Position numbers and translations under genes: made by a program
Assembly: GCA_018266755.1 (NCBI GenBank)
Contig: JAFDZW010000002.1
Coordinates: 289,166-353,165 of the forward strand
DNA: 64,000 bases
Direction: 5' to 3'
Source of the DNA: Bacteroidota bacterium
Lineage (GTDB): Bacteria; Bacteroidota; Ignavibacteria; Palsa-1295
Notes under the pieces: model-generated
Told to the model about the DNA's origin: nothing
Database searches by the model: none
The model's input: the letters and a program-made list of their open reading frames with translations, nothing else
Part shown: positions 8,589 to 18,229 of the stretch, piece by piece
Layout: every line of letters starts with the position of its first letter
How positions within the stretch are numbered: position 1 is the stretch's first letter

Positions 8589-10514
8589 GTGTCGATGAAA
8601 AAACATCAGCGTACACTTGTGAGATCGACGCTACTCGTTCTCGCACTACTTCTCACCACCTCGACTACGTTCGCGCAAAGCCAACCGGACGAAACCGCCA
8701 CGAAACCGATCACCTATCCGCACCGACTTACCCTCGGACTCGGCGCCGGGATCAATATGAACTTTGCATCCGGCACGTACACCGACAGCTTGAACAACTA
8801 TTCAAGCGGGTTCGGTGCTGCACCGACGTTCTTCGCAATGCTCGAGATCCCGCTTGCTGAGAAGTGGATGCTCGTCCCGAGACTCCACTATAGTGACTAT
8901 AGCGGATCGTTCAGCGACGGTACGCCCATCAATTCGACTGCCAGCCAGGTTAAGAACTTCGCCTACAATGTTCAGACCATCGGCCTGGACATCCTCGGCA
9001 AGTATGCGGTGCTGGATAATTTTCATATTCTCTTCGGACCGTCGATCGGGACGATGATCAAGAAAACATACGCCCACGGCACCTCGAGCGATGCCAGCTC
9101 TTCGAGCAAGGATCTTCCAGGCACCGGCAGTGTCTATGCGACGATCGGCGCAGGAGTCGGCTATGACATCCCGATCAATGACAAGCATACCGTTTGGCTG
9201 ACACCGGAATTGTTCTATAGCTTCCCGCTGACAAACCTCGGCGGTTCGAACGGCGACCTGAAGGTCTCGACGCTTCGTGCAGGGCTTTCGGTGAAATTCG
9301 ACCTCGGCAGTGATGACAAACCCTCCGAGCCGGCGCCGGCTGCACCGCAAATCAGTGTGAGTGCAAAAGGTGTTCTGCCGAACGGCGATGCAACGAACGA
9401 TCCGGTCGTCGCGGAGCAAGTGACCCGTACCCGGGCATCGATGCCGCTGCTGCCATATATCTTCTTCGACTACAATAGCGCGGAAATTCCCCAACGTTAT
9501 ACCCGCAGCGGCTCGACCGGCTTCAGCCCCGAGATGCTCACCGGGAAGGATGAACTCGAAGCCAACCATGCGGCACTCGATGTCTATGGATTTCGCATGA
9601 AGCAGTACCCCGATGCCGTCATCAAGATCACCGGGACGAATTCCAACAGCGGCAAAGAACGCGACAATATCGAGTTGTCCCGCCTGCGTGCGATGGCAGT
9701 CCGTGATTACCTCGTCAAGACCTGGAACATCGACCCGAAGCGCATCATCGTCGATCAGCGCAACCTGCCGGAGCTTCCGACGAACCCCGTCACAAAGGCC
9801 GGTATGGAAGAAAACCGTCGCGTGGAGATCACCTCCAGCGACAACCGAATCACCGAGCCGGTGAAGATCGAACATAAAGAGTCGATGCCAGTCGGGGAAA
9901 CTCTCGTTCGGTTCGAGAACAATGTTAATGCGGATGCGCGGACGAATATCGTTCGTTGGGAAATCACCACGGACCAGAACGGTACACCCTTGGGTGCTGC
10001 CGACAGCGGCAAAGGCACCCCGCCACGCATCGTGACGCTCAAAGTACCGAACGCCAGCGCCTACGCCGGACAGCCGTTCCATTATACGATGAACGTCTAT
10101 GATGCCGATGGCAAGAAATATTCCACGGACGGAATGTCCCGCATCGTCAACAAACCGGTACAGAACGACAAACTCGAGAAGTACGGAATGCTGTCGTTCG
10201 ATTTCAATCTATCGGAGATCAACCAACGTGCACAGCAGATGATCGGCCTCATCGGAGAGTCTATCTCACGCGATGCAACGGGCGTGACCGTTACCGGCTA
10301 TTGCGACAATACCGGCGCCGACGATTACAACCAGGCACTATCGGAAGCCCGTGCCGACGAGGCGATGAAGACCTTGAAGCAAGTGACGAAACTTCCTGCC
10401 AATTCCAACGTCACCGGTATGGGAAAACGCAACCCGAAGTTTGTCAACGAACTGCCGGAAGGCCGCATGCTCAACCGACGTGTCGAGGTGGCCATTCAGA
10501 AGTCGAACAAGTGA
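8589..10514 (+). CDS. OmpA-family outer-membrane protein (N-terminal beta-barrel plus two OmpA-like peptidoglycan-binding domains)
   Basis: Signal peptide MKKHQRTLVRSTLLVLALLLTTSTTFAQ followed by alternating-hydrophobic barrel strands. Two OmpA-C-like modules are present: ...LSRLRAMAVRDYLV...NRRVEI and ...GYCDNTGADDYNQALSEARADEAM...NRRVEVAI. Confidence 0.88.
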   Translation: MSMKKHQRTLVRSTLLVLALLLTTSTTFAQSQPDETATKPITYPHRLTLGLGAGINMNFASGTYTDSLNNYSSGFGAAPTFFAMLEIPLAEKWMLVPRLHYSDYSGSFSDGTPINSTASQVKNFAYNVQTIGLDILGKYAVLDNFHILFGPSIGTMIKKTYAHGTSSDASSSSKDLPGTGSVYATIGAGVGYDIPINDKHTVWLTPELFYSFPLTNLGGSNGDLKVSTLRAGLSVKFDLGSDDKPSEPAPAAPQISVSAKGVLPNGDATNDPVVAEQVTRTRASMPLLPYIFFDYNSAEIPQRYTRSGSTGFSPEMLTGKDELEANHAALDVYGFRMKQYPDAVIKITGTNSNSGKERDNIELSRLRAMAVRDYLVKTWNIDPKRIIVDQRNLPELPTNPVTKAGMEENRRVEITSSDNRITEPVKIEHKESMPVGETLVRFENNVNADARTNIVRWEITTDQNGTPLGAADSGKGTPPRIVTLKVPNASAYAGQPFHYTMNVYDADGKKYSTDGMSRIVNKPVQNDKLEKYGMLSFDFNLSEINQRAQQMIGLIGESISRDATGVTVTGYCDNTGADDYNQALSEARADEAMKTLKQVTKLPANSNVTGMGKRNPKFVNELPEGRMLNRRVEVAIQKSNK

Positions 10515-10574
10515 CAATAGAATAGAAAGTGTTAGGATCCAACCAACGCGGTTAGATTCGTTTCATTGGTGAAC

Positions 10575-10612
10575 GGGTCGGGAAAGTAATTCACTTTCCC
10601 GACCCTTTCATT
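10575..10612 (+). terminator. rho-independent terminator after the OmpA-family gene
   Basis: GGGTCGGGAAAGT-aattc-ACTTTCCCGACCC stem followed by TTTCATTT. Confidence 0.75.
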
Positions 10613-10696
10613 TGTAGCCTCCCCAATCCTGCTTCTGTGCGTCACGTCTTTCCCTCACTTATTTTTGTCCGTATTCATCCATCGTGACCCAAAGCT

Positions 10697-11581
10697 ATGA
10701 TCGTCGTCGATTCAAACCAGGCCGAACTTCCGAACTTCGATAAGATGTGGAATTACGGCGACCCTTCCGCTACCCGTGCCAAATTCCTCGAGGTGCTGCC
10801 AAAGGCCGAGAAGTCAGGCAATACTGAATATCTTGCTGAGCTGCTGACCCAGATCGCCAGGACGTATAGCCTGACAGGAAAATTCGACGAGGCCCATGCG
10901 ACGCTCGACCGGGCCGACAAACTCATCTCCGATACAATGCAACTGGCTCGTGTCCGATACCTTCTCGAACGGGGCCGAACATTCAATTCGTCGAACCAGA
11001 TCGATACTGCCCGACAGCTGTTTTTCGAAGCGGCGAACCTCGCCATGCAATACCATATCGACCTGCATGCAGTCGATGCAATACACATGGTGGCCATCGC
11101 GCAACCCGATCCGAAGGACCAGATCGAGTGGAACTTGAAGGGCATTGCGATGGCGGAGCCAAACGAGAAACTGCACGGATGGCTCTGGGCCCTATACAAT
11201 AACATTGGCGAAAGTTATCTTAAGCTTCGTGACTTTTCCAATGCGTATCAATACTTCCACAAACTTGCTCAATACCAAACCAAGCGAGTCGGCAAGGCTG
11301 ATATGTATACCGAGAAGGACGAGGCCAAATGCCTCCGACTCCTCGGCAAGCCCGCCGATGCCTTGGCTCTGATGCAGCCATACTATTCGAAGTTCGCCGA
11401 GGCCAAGACACCCGACGGCTATATCAGTTGCGAGTATGCCGAAGACCTCGAAGCCCTTGGCCGACACGGCGAAGCCAAACCAATTTTCTCCGAAGCCCTG
11501 CAGCTTCTGGAGAGGGATGACTGGTTCATCAATAATGACAAGGAACAATTGGAACGACTGAAGCACTTTTCCTCCCACTGA
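10697..11581 (+). CDS. tetratricopeptide-repeat-like protein (function unknown)
   Basis: Helical-repeat composition (…AELLTQIARTYSLTGKFDEAHATLDRA…, …LYNNIGESYLKLRDFSNAYQYFHKL…). No signal peptide. Confidence 0.65.
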   Translation: MIVVDSNQAELPNFDKMWNYGDPSATRAKFLEVLPKAEKSGNTEYLAELLTQIARTYSLTGKFDEAHATLDRADKLISDTMQLARVRYLLERGRTFNSSNQIDTARQLFFEAANLAMQYHIDLHAVDAIHMVAIAQPDPKDQIEWNLKGIAMAEPNEKLHGWLWALYNNIGESYLKLRDFSNAYQYFHKLAQYQTKRVGKADMYTEKDEAKCLRLLGKPADALALMQPYYSKFAEAKTPDGYISCEYAEDLEALGRHGEAKPIFSEALQLLERDDWFINNDKEQLERLKHFSSH

Positions 11582-11590
11582 TTTCATCAC

Positions 11591-11688
11591 GTCATTCTGA
11601 GAGAGCGACCGCGACCGAAGAATCCCTTCGGTACTGTACGGATTATTGAGGCAATCCTCAAGGGATTCTTCGCTTCGCTCAGAATGAC
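11591..11688. repeat. palindromic element family A, copy 2
   Basis: GTCATTCTGAGAGAGCGACCGCGACCGAAGAATCCCTTCGG...CAAGGGATTCTTCGCTTCGCTCAGAATGAC. It begins 10 nt after the stop at 11581. Confidence 0.88.
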
Positions 11689-11717
11689 AATAGTATGTTG
11701 AGTTTTCAACTCTCTGA

Positions 11718-12722
11718 ATGAAGCGAATTTCTGCCATCGTCGCCGCCATTGCCGTTCTCGGTTTGGCTATCGTGCTTGCTGCTCTGTTCTGGAAGAACCC
11801 GTCCGGACCGAAGGAGGAGGTCCTGATCCATGTTCCGAAAGGAGCAACGCTCAGCAGTGTGACCGATTCGCTTGTCAAGTATGACTTGATCCGTTCCAAA
11901 CTCCTGTTCAAGATCGCTGCGAAGTTCGAAGGTGCTTCGTCTGCCTTGCAGCCCGGCAGTTACCGGATGGTCCATGGGTTGTCGAACATCGACATCCTGA
12001 CCCGCCTCCTCGGTACCGAATTCTCCATCGTCTTCGAGGCGACATTTCCCGAAGGGTCCACCATTCGCAAAGTAGCATCCATTGCGAAAGAGAAGTTGGG
12101 ACTCGACTCTGCGATGATCGTCAAACTTGCCCGTGATACCGCCTTCATCCATTCTGCCGGTGTGCCGAATGCAGCCCGCACCGCCGAAGGTTATCTCTTC
12201 CCCGATACCTACCGCTTCTACCTGATGATGACACCGCAGGAATTACTGAAGCGAATGGTCTCGAGATTCCATGAAGTCGTCAGCGATTCGCTGCTGGTCG
12301 GAGCGAAGGACCTTGCGATGACCCCGACCCAATTCCTCACGTTCGCATCGATCGTCGAAGCCGAAGCACAGCGAGCCGACGAACGAGATACCATTGCCGG
12401 TGTGTACTTCAACCGATTGAAGATCGGCATGAAGCTCGATGCCGACCCGACTGTTCAATACGGCCTCGGCCTTTCGCGGCCCATTACGCATGACGATCTG
12501 TTGAAGGATAACCCATACAATACCTATCTCAATACCGGCCTGCCGCCCGGACCGATCAACAACCCCGGCAAAGCAGCCATCGTAGCGGCGTTGCATCCGG
12601 CCCACCACGACAAACTCTACTTCGTAGCCCGCCGCGACGGCAGCGGTGGTCATTACTTTTCAAAGAACATCGCAGAGCAAGAGAAAGCGATCAAGCAGTC
12701 GAATCGGAACCAAGCGAATTAG
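11718..12722 (+). CDS. mltG: endolytic murein transglycosylase MltG (YceG family)
   Basis: N-terminal TM segment, then LTFASIVEAEA, DADPTVQYG, YNTYLNTGLPPGPINNPGKAAIVAALHP and LYFVARRDGSGGHYFSKNIAEQ. These are hallmark YceG/MltG blocks. Confidence 0.9.
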   Translation: MKRISAIVAAIAVLGLAIVLAALFWKNPSGPKEEVLIHVPKGATLSSVTDSLVKYDLIRSKLLFKIAAKFEGASSALQPGSYRMVHGLSNIDILTRLLGTEFSIVFEATFPEGSTIRKVASIAKEKLGLDSAMIVKLARDTAFIHSAGVPNAARTAEGYLFPDTYRFYLMMTPQELLKRMVSRFHEVVSDSLLVGAKDLAMTPTQFLTFASIVEAEAQRADERDTIAGVYFNRLKIGMKLDADPTVQYGLGLSRPITHDDLLKDNPYNTYLNTGLPPGPINNPGKAAIVAALHPAHHDKLYFVARRDGSGGHYFSKNIAEQEKAIKQSNRNQAN

Positions 12723-13191
12723 TGGCTGAGTGCGGCCTCGACGAATGGATCATCGAATCTTCCGCCCGATCGCCGACCATCACCGTCAGCTCCCCATGCC
12801 GCATCGGCACATTCTTGCAAAACGCCGCCCCCTCAGTCGACAAACGTAAGTCGGATTGCTTCGAGTGTTTCATGGGAGTATTGTTGATGTGTGAAAAGAA
12901 TTGATCGACCTGCGGACCCGGTTAGCTTTGGTATTGTCGGAAGCTGACCGCAATACCGATTGATGATACCAAGCAAGGGGGATAGAAATCACCCGACATA
13001 AATAGCAATATATTGTTACAATCTGTTTTCCTCATTGTCATCACAACATACCAAATAGCCGTCCGATAACCGTAGGCACTGAGCAGATCGAGCACGCTTT
13101 TGTTGACACTTAGTGCAAATGGGGGCCTATGTGTCACAATACATGCAGGCCCTGTGTCATCACATGTAAGAAACCACTGAGCAAATCTGGA

Positions 13192-15729
13192 ATGAGAAAT
13201 CTTGTCTGGTCCATAATCGCAATGCTATTGCTATGTCTGACCTTCCCGAATCGCAATCAGGCGCAATCCATACAAGATAAGGATTGGTCTTCAGCATTCG
13301 GCTGTCCAACAGTGACGGTACGCTCGTTCGACACGCCGTCTTCCTCACAAATCTTCCTCAACTACCATGATACGTTATTGATCGGCGGTCCGCTGTTAGA
13401 GTATGGTCAGCAAATTCTCTCCGGTGTCTATCGGGTGGACGGAAATTCGCTCATCCCCTTCCGGGGAACCGGGTCGCTGAGCTTTGGCGAACATGGCATT
13501 ATTCGCTGTATGGCCCTAGACTCAACCGGCCGACTCATCATTGGAGGTTTCTTTGATTCAGTCGACGGGCAGCCTGCCAGCAACATCGCATTCTTCGACG
13601 GTACGCAGTGGCAACCACTCGGAGGGGGTGTCGCGCAACCGGTGATCGGCATCGCGTGCTCGAAGAACCACATCTTCGCCATGTCTGAGGGCGAGGCATC
13701 GATCTCAGAATGGGATGGTGCGTCATGGAAGAAACCAGCGAATCAACAAGGAGAGTACTTCAGCCAGATCTGCATCTTCAATGGACGCTTGTTTGGCGTG
13801 CATAGCGGATGGCTTGTCAGTTGGGACGGATCAAGTTGGACCGACCACACCGAGCACTTCCAGAATCACAGTGACAGGGTCTTCATTACGGGGATCGCCC
13901 CGCTACGGGGTATGCTATATGTTGCTGGTGCCTTCGATAGTGTCGACGACAAGCCATCGCGATGGCTCGCCACCTTCGACGGTACGAGTTGGGGCGTGTT
14001 TCCCGGTGCAGATCGTATTCCGTCGAACGCCGTCGGGGGAGTCGTCACTGAACAGACAGACGGGCGATATGTTTACTTTGACTTCGATGCAGATGCTGCC
14101 TCTGCAGTCACTTCGGGTGCTATTCTAACGGGAAATGGAGTTCGTTGGGATGGTGCACGATGGAGCGCAGCCCCGCCGTACTCGCGATTAGACGGCGCCG
14201 TCTGCGAATACCATGGCAAGTTGTTCGGTCTTGCAGAGCAGGAAGGAATCTGGTGGGCCGACTCTGTGTCGCACGGAGCACTTCGGCGATCAGGACAAGC
14301 AGGATTAGCACCGTACGTCCGAGGTCTCGTTCGCTCAGGCGAAAGGATATTTGCAACAGGACGTTTCACGTTCGTCGATACATCCGGACCGGCAACATGG
14401 AGACTCCCATATCGCTACGATGCTCTCATGCAGTTTGACGGCACGACATGGCACCGCCTCTATTTCTGCGATTCGGTAGGTGAAGCGCTGAACTCGAATA
14501 TCATGATCGACGGCATGATTGCTCATGATTCAAACATCTACATATTCGGTGGGTTTGAACGTTTCCGTGATCGAAGAACCGATGGCCTGATACGATTCGA
14601 TGGTAGTAACTGGTTTACCTACCACGATCCTGCACTCGATACGAACGTCGTCTTCCGCAACTTCCCCAGTGCCCTGGCCGTCGATTCATCCGGATCAGTG
14701 TTTGCCGCATTCGAGGCCCAGAGTCAGTTCGCCACGCTGACGAAGTGGAATGATACGAGATGGGACACGATCCCATCCCCGTTCCCGATTCATACGTCAG
14801 ATAATCCCATAGTTATCACGGGCTCGTCGGAGGGATTCTACCTCGTTAGCACCTCATACGCTCCTGCAGTCTACTACTGGACAGGGAGCACCTGGGACAC
14901 GATACTTCCCCCGGGGTCAGTGCTCACGCTTCGCTACGACTCTATCTATCAACGAACCGACACACTGGAAGCATACATCGGGTTGGCCAGATGGCACAAT
15001 GGGAAGTTGTTCATTGCCGGGCAATTCAATCATGTCAATGGAGTACCCGCGACTGGGACGTGTTTCCTGAACGGGCATAGTGTCGAGTTGCTTGGCACGG
15101 GGGTATCGTACGACCCGATTCATCCCTTGGCCACACGGGAGTGCAGCGGGGACTGGGACGTGGCGTTTGATAAGAACGCGATCTATCTCGCCGGTTCGTT
15201 CAACATGGTCAATGGAGAGAACACGTACGGGGTGGCCGCATGGGATGGTACTCGCTGGTGGCCGATGGGCAGCGGACTTCGCAACATTGATCGACAGTCG
15301 TACGCGCAAGATGAGTATAGCGGGTGCGGAAGCGGTATAGTCGTTACCGATTCCGGTTGCATAGTCAGCGGATTCTTTCAACGCGCCGGGGGCAAACCTG
15401 CATATAATCTCGCCGGTTGTCGCATTGATCCGAATTTCGCGTCGGCGACAGTTGCTCGGGCGGCACAAGCCCGCGGGGCGCAGATCGTCGTGTGGCCTGA
15501 CCCATGCAATGCGAGCACAGTCCTGACAGGATCAGATTCGGTCACACCCACCAAACACATACGGATCTTTAACATGGCAGGTCAGGATTGTACCTCGATC
15601 GTCAGTATCTCCCATACGCAACAATCGGGGCTGTCACTTGATGTGCACCTTCTTCCTCCCGGTCAGTATTCTATCCAGACCTCCGATGGTGATGAGCACG
15701 CATCGGGAAAGTTCAGCGTGGTTCGTTAG
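13192..15729 (+). CDS. secreted repeat (beta-propeller-like) protein with T9SS C-terminal sorting domain
   Basis: Signal peptide MRNLVWSIIAMLLLCLTFPNRNQAQ at the internal start. Recurrent blade-like motif GGFFDSVDG / AGAFDSVDD / AGQFNHVNG / AGSFNMVNG, each followed by ...FDG/WDG..W. C-terminal tail VWPDPCNASTVL...IRIFNMAGQD...LPPGQYSIQTSDG...FSVVR. Confidence 0.8.
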   Translation: MRNLVWSIIAMLLLCLTFPNRNQAQSIQDKDWSSAFGCPTVTVRSFDTPSSSQIFLNYHDTLLIGGPLLEYGQQILSGVYRVDGNSLIPFRGTGSLSFGEHGIIRCMALDSTGRLIIGGFFDSVDGQPASNIAFFDGTQWQPLGGGVAQPVIGIACSKNHIFAMSEGEASISEWDGASWKKPANQQGEYFSQICIFNGRLFGVHSGWLVSWDGSSWTDHTEHFQNHSDRVFITGIAPLRGMLYVAGAFDSVDDKPSRWLATFDGTSWGVFPGADRIPSNAVGGVVTEQTDGRYVYFDFDADAASAVTSGAILTGNGVRWDGARWSAAPPYSRLDGAVCEYHGKLFGLAEQEGIWWADSVSHGALRRSGQAGLAPYVRGLVRSGERIFATGRFTFVDTSGPATWRLPYRYDALMQFDGTTWHRLYFCDSVGEALNSNIMIDGMIAHDSNIYIFGGFERFRDRRTDGLIRFDGSNWFTYHDPALDTNVVFRNFPSALAVDSSGSVFAAFEAQSQFATLTKWNDTRWDTIPSPFPIHTSDNPIVITGSSEGFYLVSTSYAPAVYYWTGSTWDTILPPGSVLTLRYDSIYQRTDTLEAYIGLARWHNGKLFIAGQFNHVNGVPATGTCFLNGHSVELLGTGVSYDPIHPLATRECSGDWDVAFDKNAIYLAGSFNMVNGENTYGVAAWDGTRWWPMGSGLRNIDRQSYAQDEYSGCGSGIVVTDSGCIVSGFFQRAGGKPAYNLAGCRIDPNFASATVARAAQARGAQIVVWPDPCNASTVLTGSDSVTPTKHIRIFNMAGQDCTSIVSISHTQQSGLSLDVHLLPPGQYSIQTSDGDEHASGKFSVVR

Positions 15730-15773
15730 TTGCCGACCGTATGAGAGACTTGGCGATCGCATCCAAGCAATCC

Positions 15774-15914
15774 GTCTGAACTCGGATTCGTCGGATTAAT
15801 GGATTTGTGGGATTGGCTGCATCAGGGCTCGATTTGGCATCAGTTTCGGGCATTACGTGCGGCTGCGTCAAGAAATCCGATGAATCCCTGAATCCGACGA
15901 ATCCAAGTTCAGAC
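15774..15914. repeat. palindromic element type C (24-nt terminal inverted repeats)
   Basis: GTCTGAACTCGGATTCGTCGGATT (15774-15797) versus AATCCGACGAATCCAAGTTCAGAC (15891-15914), with 1 mismatch. Internal GGATT/AATCC-rich sub-repeats are present. Confidence 0.8.
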
Positions 15915-15995
15915 AACCATTCCCCCCTCCCCTGCGTTATCATTCACCTACCACCGAACCATCGTTTTGTTTCTGTTTCTATTCTTCTTGTTCTA

Positions 15996-16736
15996 ATGGA
16001 TCTTTCGTTTCTCTTGAATACCTGGTGGGGCGCGCTGATCGTGATCGTTGTCGCGGGCCATTTTTCCATCATGTGCACGTCGTTGTACCTGCACCGTTCC
16101 CTGACGCATCAAGCCATCACGTTCCACCCCATCGCGGCATTCCCGATGCGGTTGTGGCTATGGCTCTTTACCGGCATGTCGGCCAAGCAATGGGTCGCCG
16201 TGCACCGGAAACACCACGCCCATTGCGAGACCGATGAAGATCCGCATTCGCCGGTCGTTCACGGTTGGGCACAGATCCTGTTCCTTGGCGTAAAGTATTA
16301 CCGTAAGGCGTATCAGGATCCTGAGACGATCGAGAAGTTCGGCAAGGGCGTCCCGAACGATTTCCTGGAGCGCTTCCTCTTTGAGCCGACCAAGTACATC
16401 GGGCCGTTCGTGCTCCTCGGCATCTGCATGATGCTGTTCAGCTATTGGGGTGTGCTCGTGTGGGGCGGCATGGTCATCTGGGTACCGTTCTGGGCTGCGG
16501 GCGTTGTCAACGGCCTCGGACATACGATCGGTTATCGCAACTTCAACGTCGAGGATCAAAGTCGTAACCTCAGCCCGATCGGCCTGCTGCTGAGCGGCGA
16601 AGAGCTTCATAACAACCACCACAAGCATCCGTCGAGCGCGAAGTTCTCGGAGAAGTGGTTCGAGTTCGACATGGGCTGGGCCTATATCCAGTTGCTCCGC
16701 GGTCTCGGGCTGGCGAAGCTGCGAGTGGCGAACTGA
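15996..16736 (+). CDS. membrane fatty-acid (acyl-CoA/acyl-lipid delta-9 type) desaturase
   Basis: Three histidine boxes: HRSLTH, HRKHHAHCETDEDPHSP and ELHNNHHKHPSSAKF. TM segments are present. The start was moved to the ATG at 15996 (MDLSFLL...) because the upstream part of the ORF crosses a palindromic repeat. Confidence 0.9.
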   Translation: MDLSFLLNTWWGALIVIVVAGHFSIMCTSLYLHRSLTHQAITFHPIAAFPMRLWLWLFTGMSAKQWVAVHRKHHAHCETDEDPHSPVVHGWAQILFLGVKYYRKAYQDPETIEKFGKGVPNDFLERFLFEPTKYIGPFVLLGICMMLFSYWGVLVWGGMVIWVPFWAAGVVNGLGHTIGYRNFNVEDQSRNLSPIGLLLSGEELHNNHHKHPSSAKFSEKWFEFDMGWAYIQLLRGLGLAKLRVAN

Positions 16737-16766
16737 GTCTGAGTAATTAGAAATTAGGAGTGTAGA

Positions 16767-16796
16767 ACGGCTCGGGGCACCCCGGGCCGTTTTTGC
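16767..16796 (+). terminator. rho-independent terminator after the desaturase gene
   Basis: ACGGCTCGGGG-cac-CCCGGGCCGT stem followed by TTTTTG. Confidence 0.75.
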
Positions 16797-16806
16797 TTTA
16801 AGGGGT

Positions 16807-16907
16807 GTCATTCTGAGGAGTGGCTTTAGCCCGACGAAGAATCCCTGCGGGTGTGCACAGAAGTTCGTGGCACACCCGAAGGGATTCTTCGCTTCGCTCA
16901 GAATGAC
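16807..16907. repeat. palindromic element family A, copy 3 (diverged left arm)
   Basis: GTCATTCTGAGGAGTGGCTTTAGCCCGACGAAGAATCCCTGCGG...CGAAGGGATTCTTCGCTTCGCTCAGAATGAC. Confidence 0.85.
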
Positions 16908-16994
16908 GGGCATCGCCATTCTTCTTTCCTGATTCCTCATTCCTAATTCCAGATATCCTCCCCAAAACTACCTCTCCGCCCCTGTTGTTGCCTT

Positions 16995-17615
16995 GTGCGA
17001 ATGAGCTTACCGAACCAGCTGACGGCCCTTCGGATCGTGCTCGCACCGCTATTCTATATCTTGTTTGCGGTCGCGGCGCCGCCGCATTACGGCTGGGCAG
17101 TCGGCGTGTTCATCGTTGCGGCTGTGACGGATTGGTACGACGGCTACTTCGCGCGGCGCCTCGGCAAGATGACGCCATTCGGTGCGTTCTTCGATCCGCT
17201 GGCCGATAAAGTGCTGACCTCCGTCGCGTTCGTCGCGTTCGCCGCAACGGGCCTCGTGCCATGGTGGTGCGTAGTGCTGATCGTGTTGCGCGATGTGTAT
17301 CTGACGGTTTTTCGCATGGCGGCCGATTCGCTGCGCCAGTCCATCCGCACGACGACGTTCGCAAAGTACAAGACCTTTTTCCAAATGGCGTTCATCTCGT
17401 ACGTGCTGCTTGTCCTACTCGCGCGCGAAGGAGATTTCGGCACGGCGCTCGCGAACACAGCGGGCATGCTGATGCAGCAAGAATGGCTGCTACCGATCAC
17501 GCTGCTCGTAACGTCGCTTACGCTATTGACGGCGTTGAAGTATTCGTTTGATAATTCGGCGGTGCTCTCGCGCATCATGAACCGCTACATCCTCGGCAAA
17601 TCAACGCAAGCGTAA
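16995..17615 (+). CDS. pgsA: CDP-diacylglycerol--glycerol-3-phosphate 3-phosphatidyltransferase
   Basis: LPNQLTALRIVLAP...AAVTDWYDGYFARRLGKMTPFGAFFDPLADKV matches the CDP-alcohol phosphatidyltransferase signature D-G-x2-A-R-x8-G-x3-D-x3-D. Confidence 0.9.
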   Translation: MRMSLPNQLTALRIVLAPLFYILFAVAAPPHYGWAVGVFIVAAVTDWYDGYFARRLGKMTPFGAFFDPLADKVLTSVAFVAFAATGLVPWWCVVLIVLRDVYLTVFRMAADSLRQSIRTTTFAKYKTFFQMAFISYVLLVLLAREGDFGTALANTAGMLMQQEWLLPITLLVTSLTLLTALKYSFDNSAVLSRIMNRYILGKSTQA

Positions 17616-17618
17616 CTC

Positions 17619-18164
17619 ATGGCAGAATACAGCGCACTCGCAAAAGCACGCACGCGGCTCTGGAAGCCGATGAGTCCGAAGATGAAAGACGTCCCAATGT
17701 GGGCACTCTTGATCGGCTCCTTCGGCTTTGCGGGTTTGTCGCCGGTCTCGAGCGGGACGGTCGGCAGCTTGGTTGCCGCTGTGCTGTACTACTTCATCCC
17801 GACGCTGCAGCATTTGGGCTTTCTTGCTGTGGCGTGCTTCTTGGTCTTTATCCCTGGCGTTGTGGCGACGGACGTGATCGAGTTGAAGCTCGGCGAACAC
17901 GATCCGTCGGTCGTGGTGATCGACGAAGTGCTCGGCCAGTGGATCGCGCTTTTCACCTGGACCTATGCAGGCGACCCGATCTACGTCGTGATCGCGTTCG
18001 TGATGTTCCGCTTCTTCGACATCTTCAAAGTGTGGCCGGCGTCGCTCTTCGAGAAACGCAACGGCGGTTCTGCCGTAATGCTCGACGATGCCGTCGCCGG
18101 CGTGTGGGCGAATATCGCGACACACTTAGCGATGATGTTGTATGTCGTAGTCAGGGGCCAGTAG
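17619..18164 (+). CDS. pgpA: phosphatidylglycerophosphatase A
   Basis: PVSSGTVGSLVAAVLYYF, VVIDEVLGQWIAL, FRFFDIFKVWP and MLDDAVAGVWANI are PgpA family blocks. It starts 4 nt after the pgsA stop. Confidence 0.88.
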   Translation: MAEYSALAKARTRLWKPMSPKMKDVPMWALLIGSFGFAGLSPVSSGTVGSLVAAVLYYFIPTLQHLGFLAVACFLVFIPGVVATDVIELKLGEHDPSVVVIDEVLGQWIALFTWTYAGDPIYVVIAFVMFRFFDIFKVWPASLFEKRNGGSAVMLDDAVAGVWANIATHLAMMLYVVVRGQ

Positions 18165-18220
18165 TCAGAGAAGACGGCCGGCCTACTATCCTGACTACTG
18201 GCTACTCACTACTGACTACG
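18145..18220. repeat. palindromic element type D (CTGACTAC-based), copy 1, overlapping the pgpA stop
   Basis: GTCGTAGTCAGGGGCCAGTAGTCAG...CTGACTACTGGCTACTCACTACTGACTACGAC. Confidence 0.75.
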
Positions 18221-18229
18221 ACCGACCAA

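Noticed and set aside
8802-10082. A 426-aa ORF antisense to the OmpA-family gene.
   Set aside because: It is an Arg/Gly/Ala-rich translation typical of the reverse frame of a GC-rich gene. The sense-strand gene has clear family motifs.
12723-13191. A 470-nt gap after mltG with small ORFs (12722..12904 +, 12691..12873 -, 12922..13137 -) and an AT-richer stretch.
   Set aside because: No RBS, no recognisable motif, no repeat and no RNA-gene signature that I could see. It probably holds the promoter or leader of the 13192 gene. I cannot exclude a small RNA without a covariance or expression check.
17699-18229. The 5' extension of the cinA ORF (the 594-aa version) overlapping pgpA.
   Set aside because: The extension is Arg-rich and sits in an alternate frame of the well-supported pgpA. 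The canonical CinA N-terminus MLSAAILSIGDELL starts at 18230.
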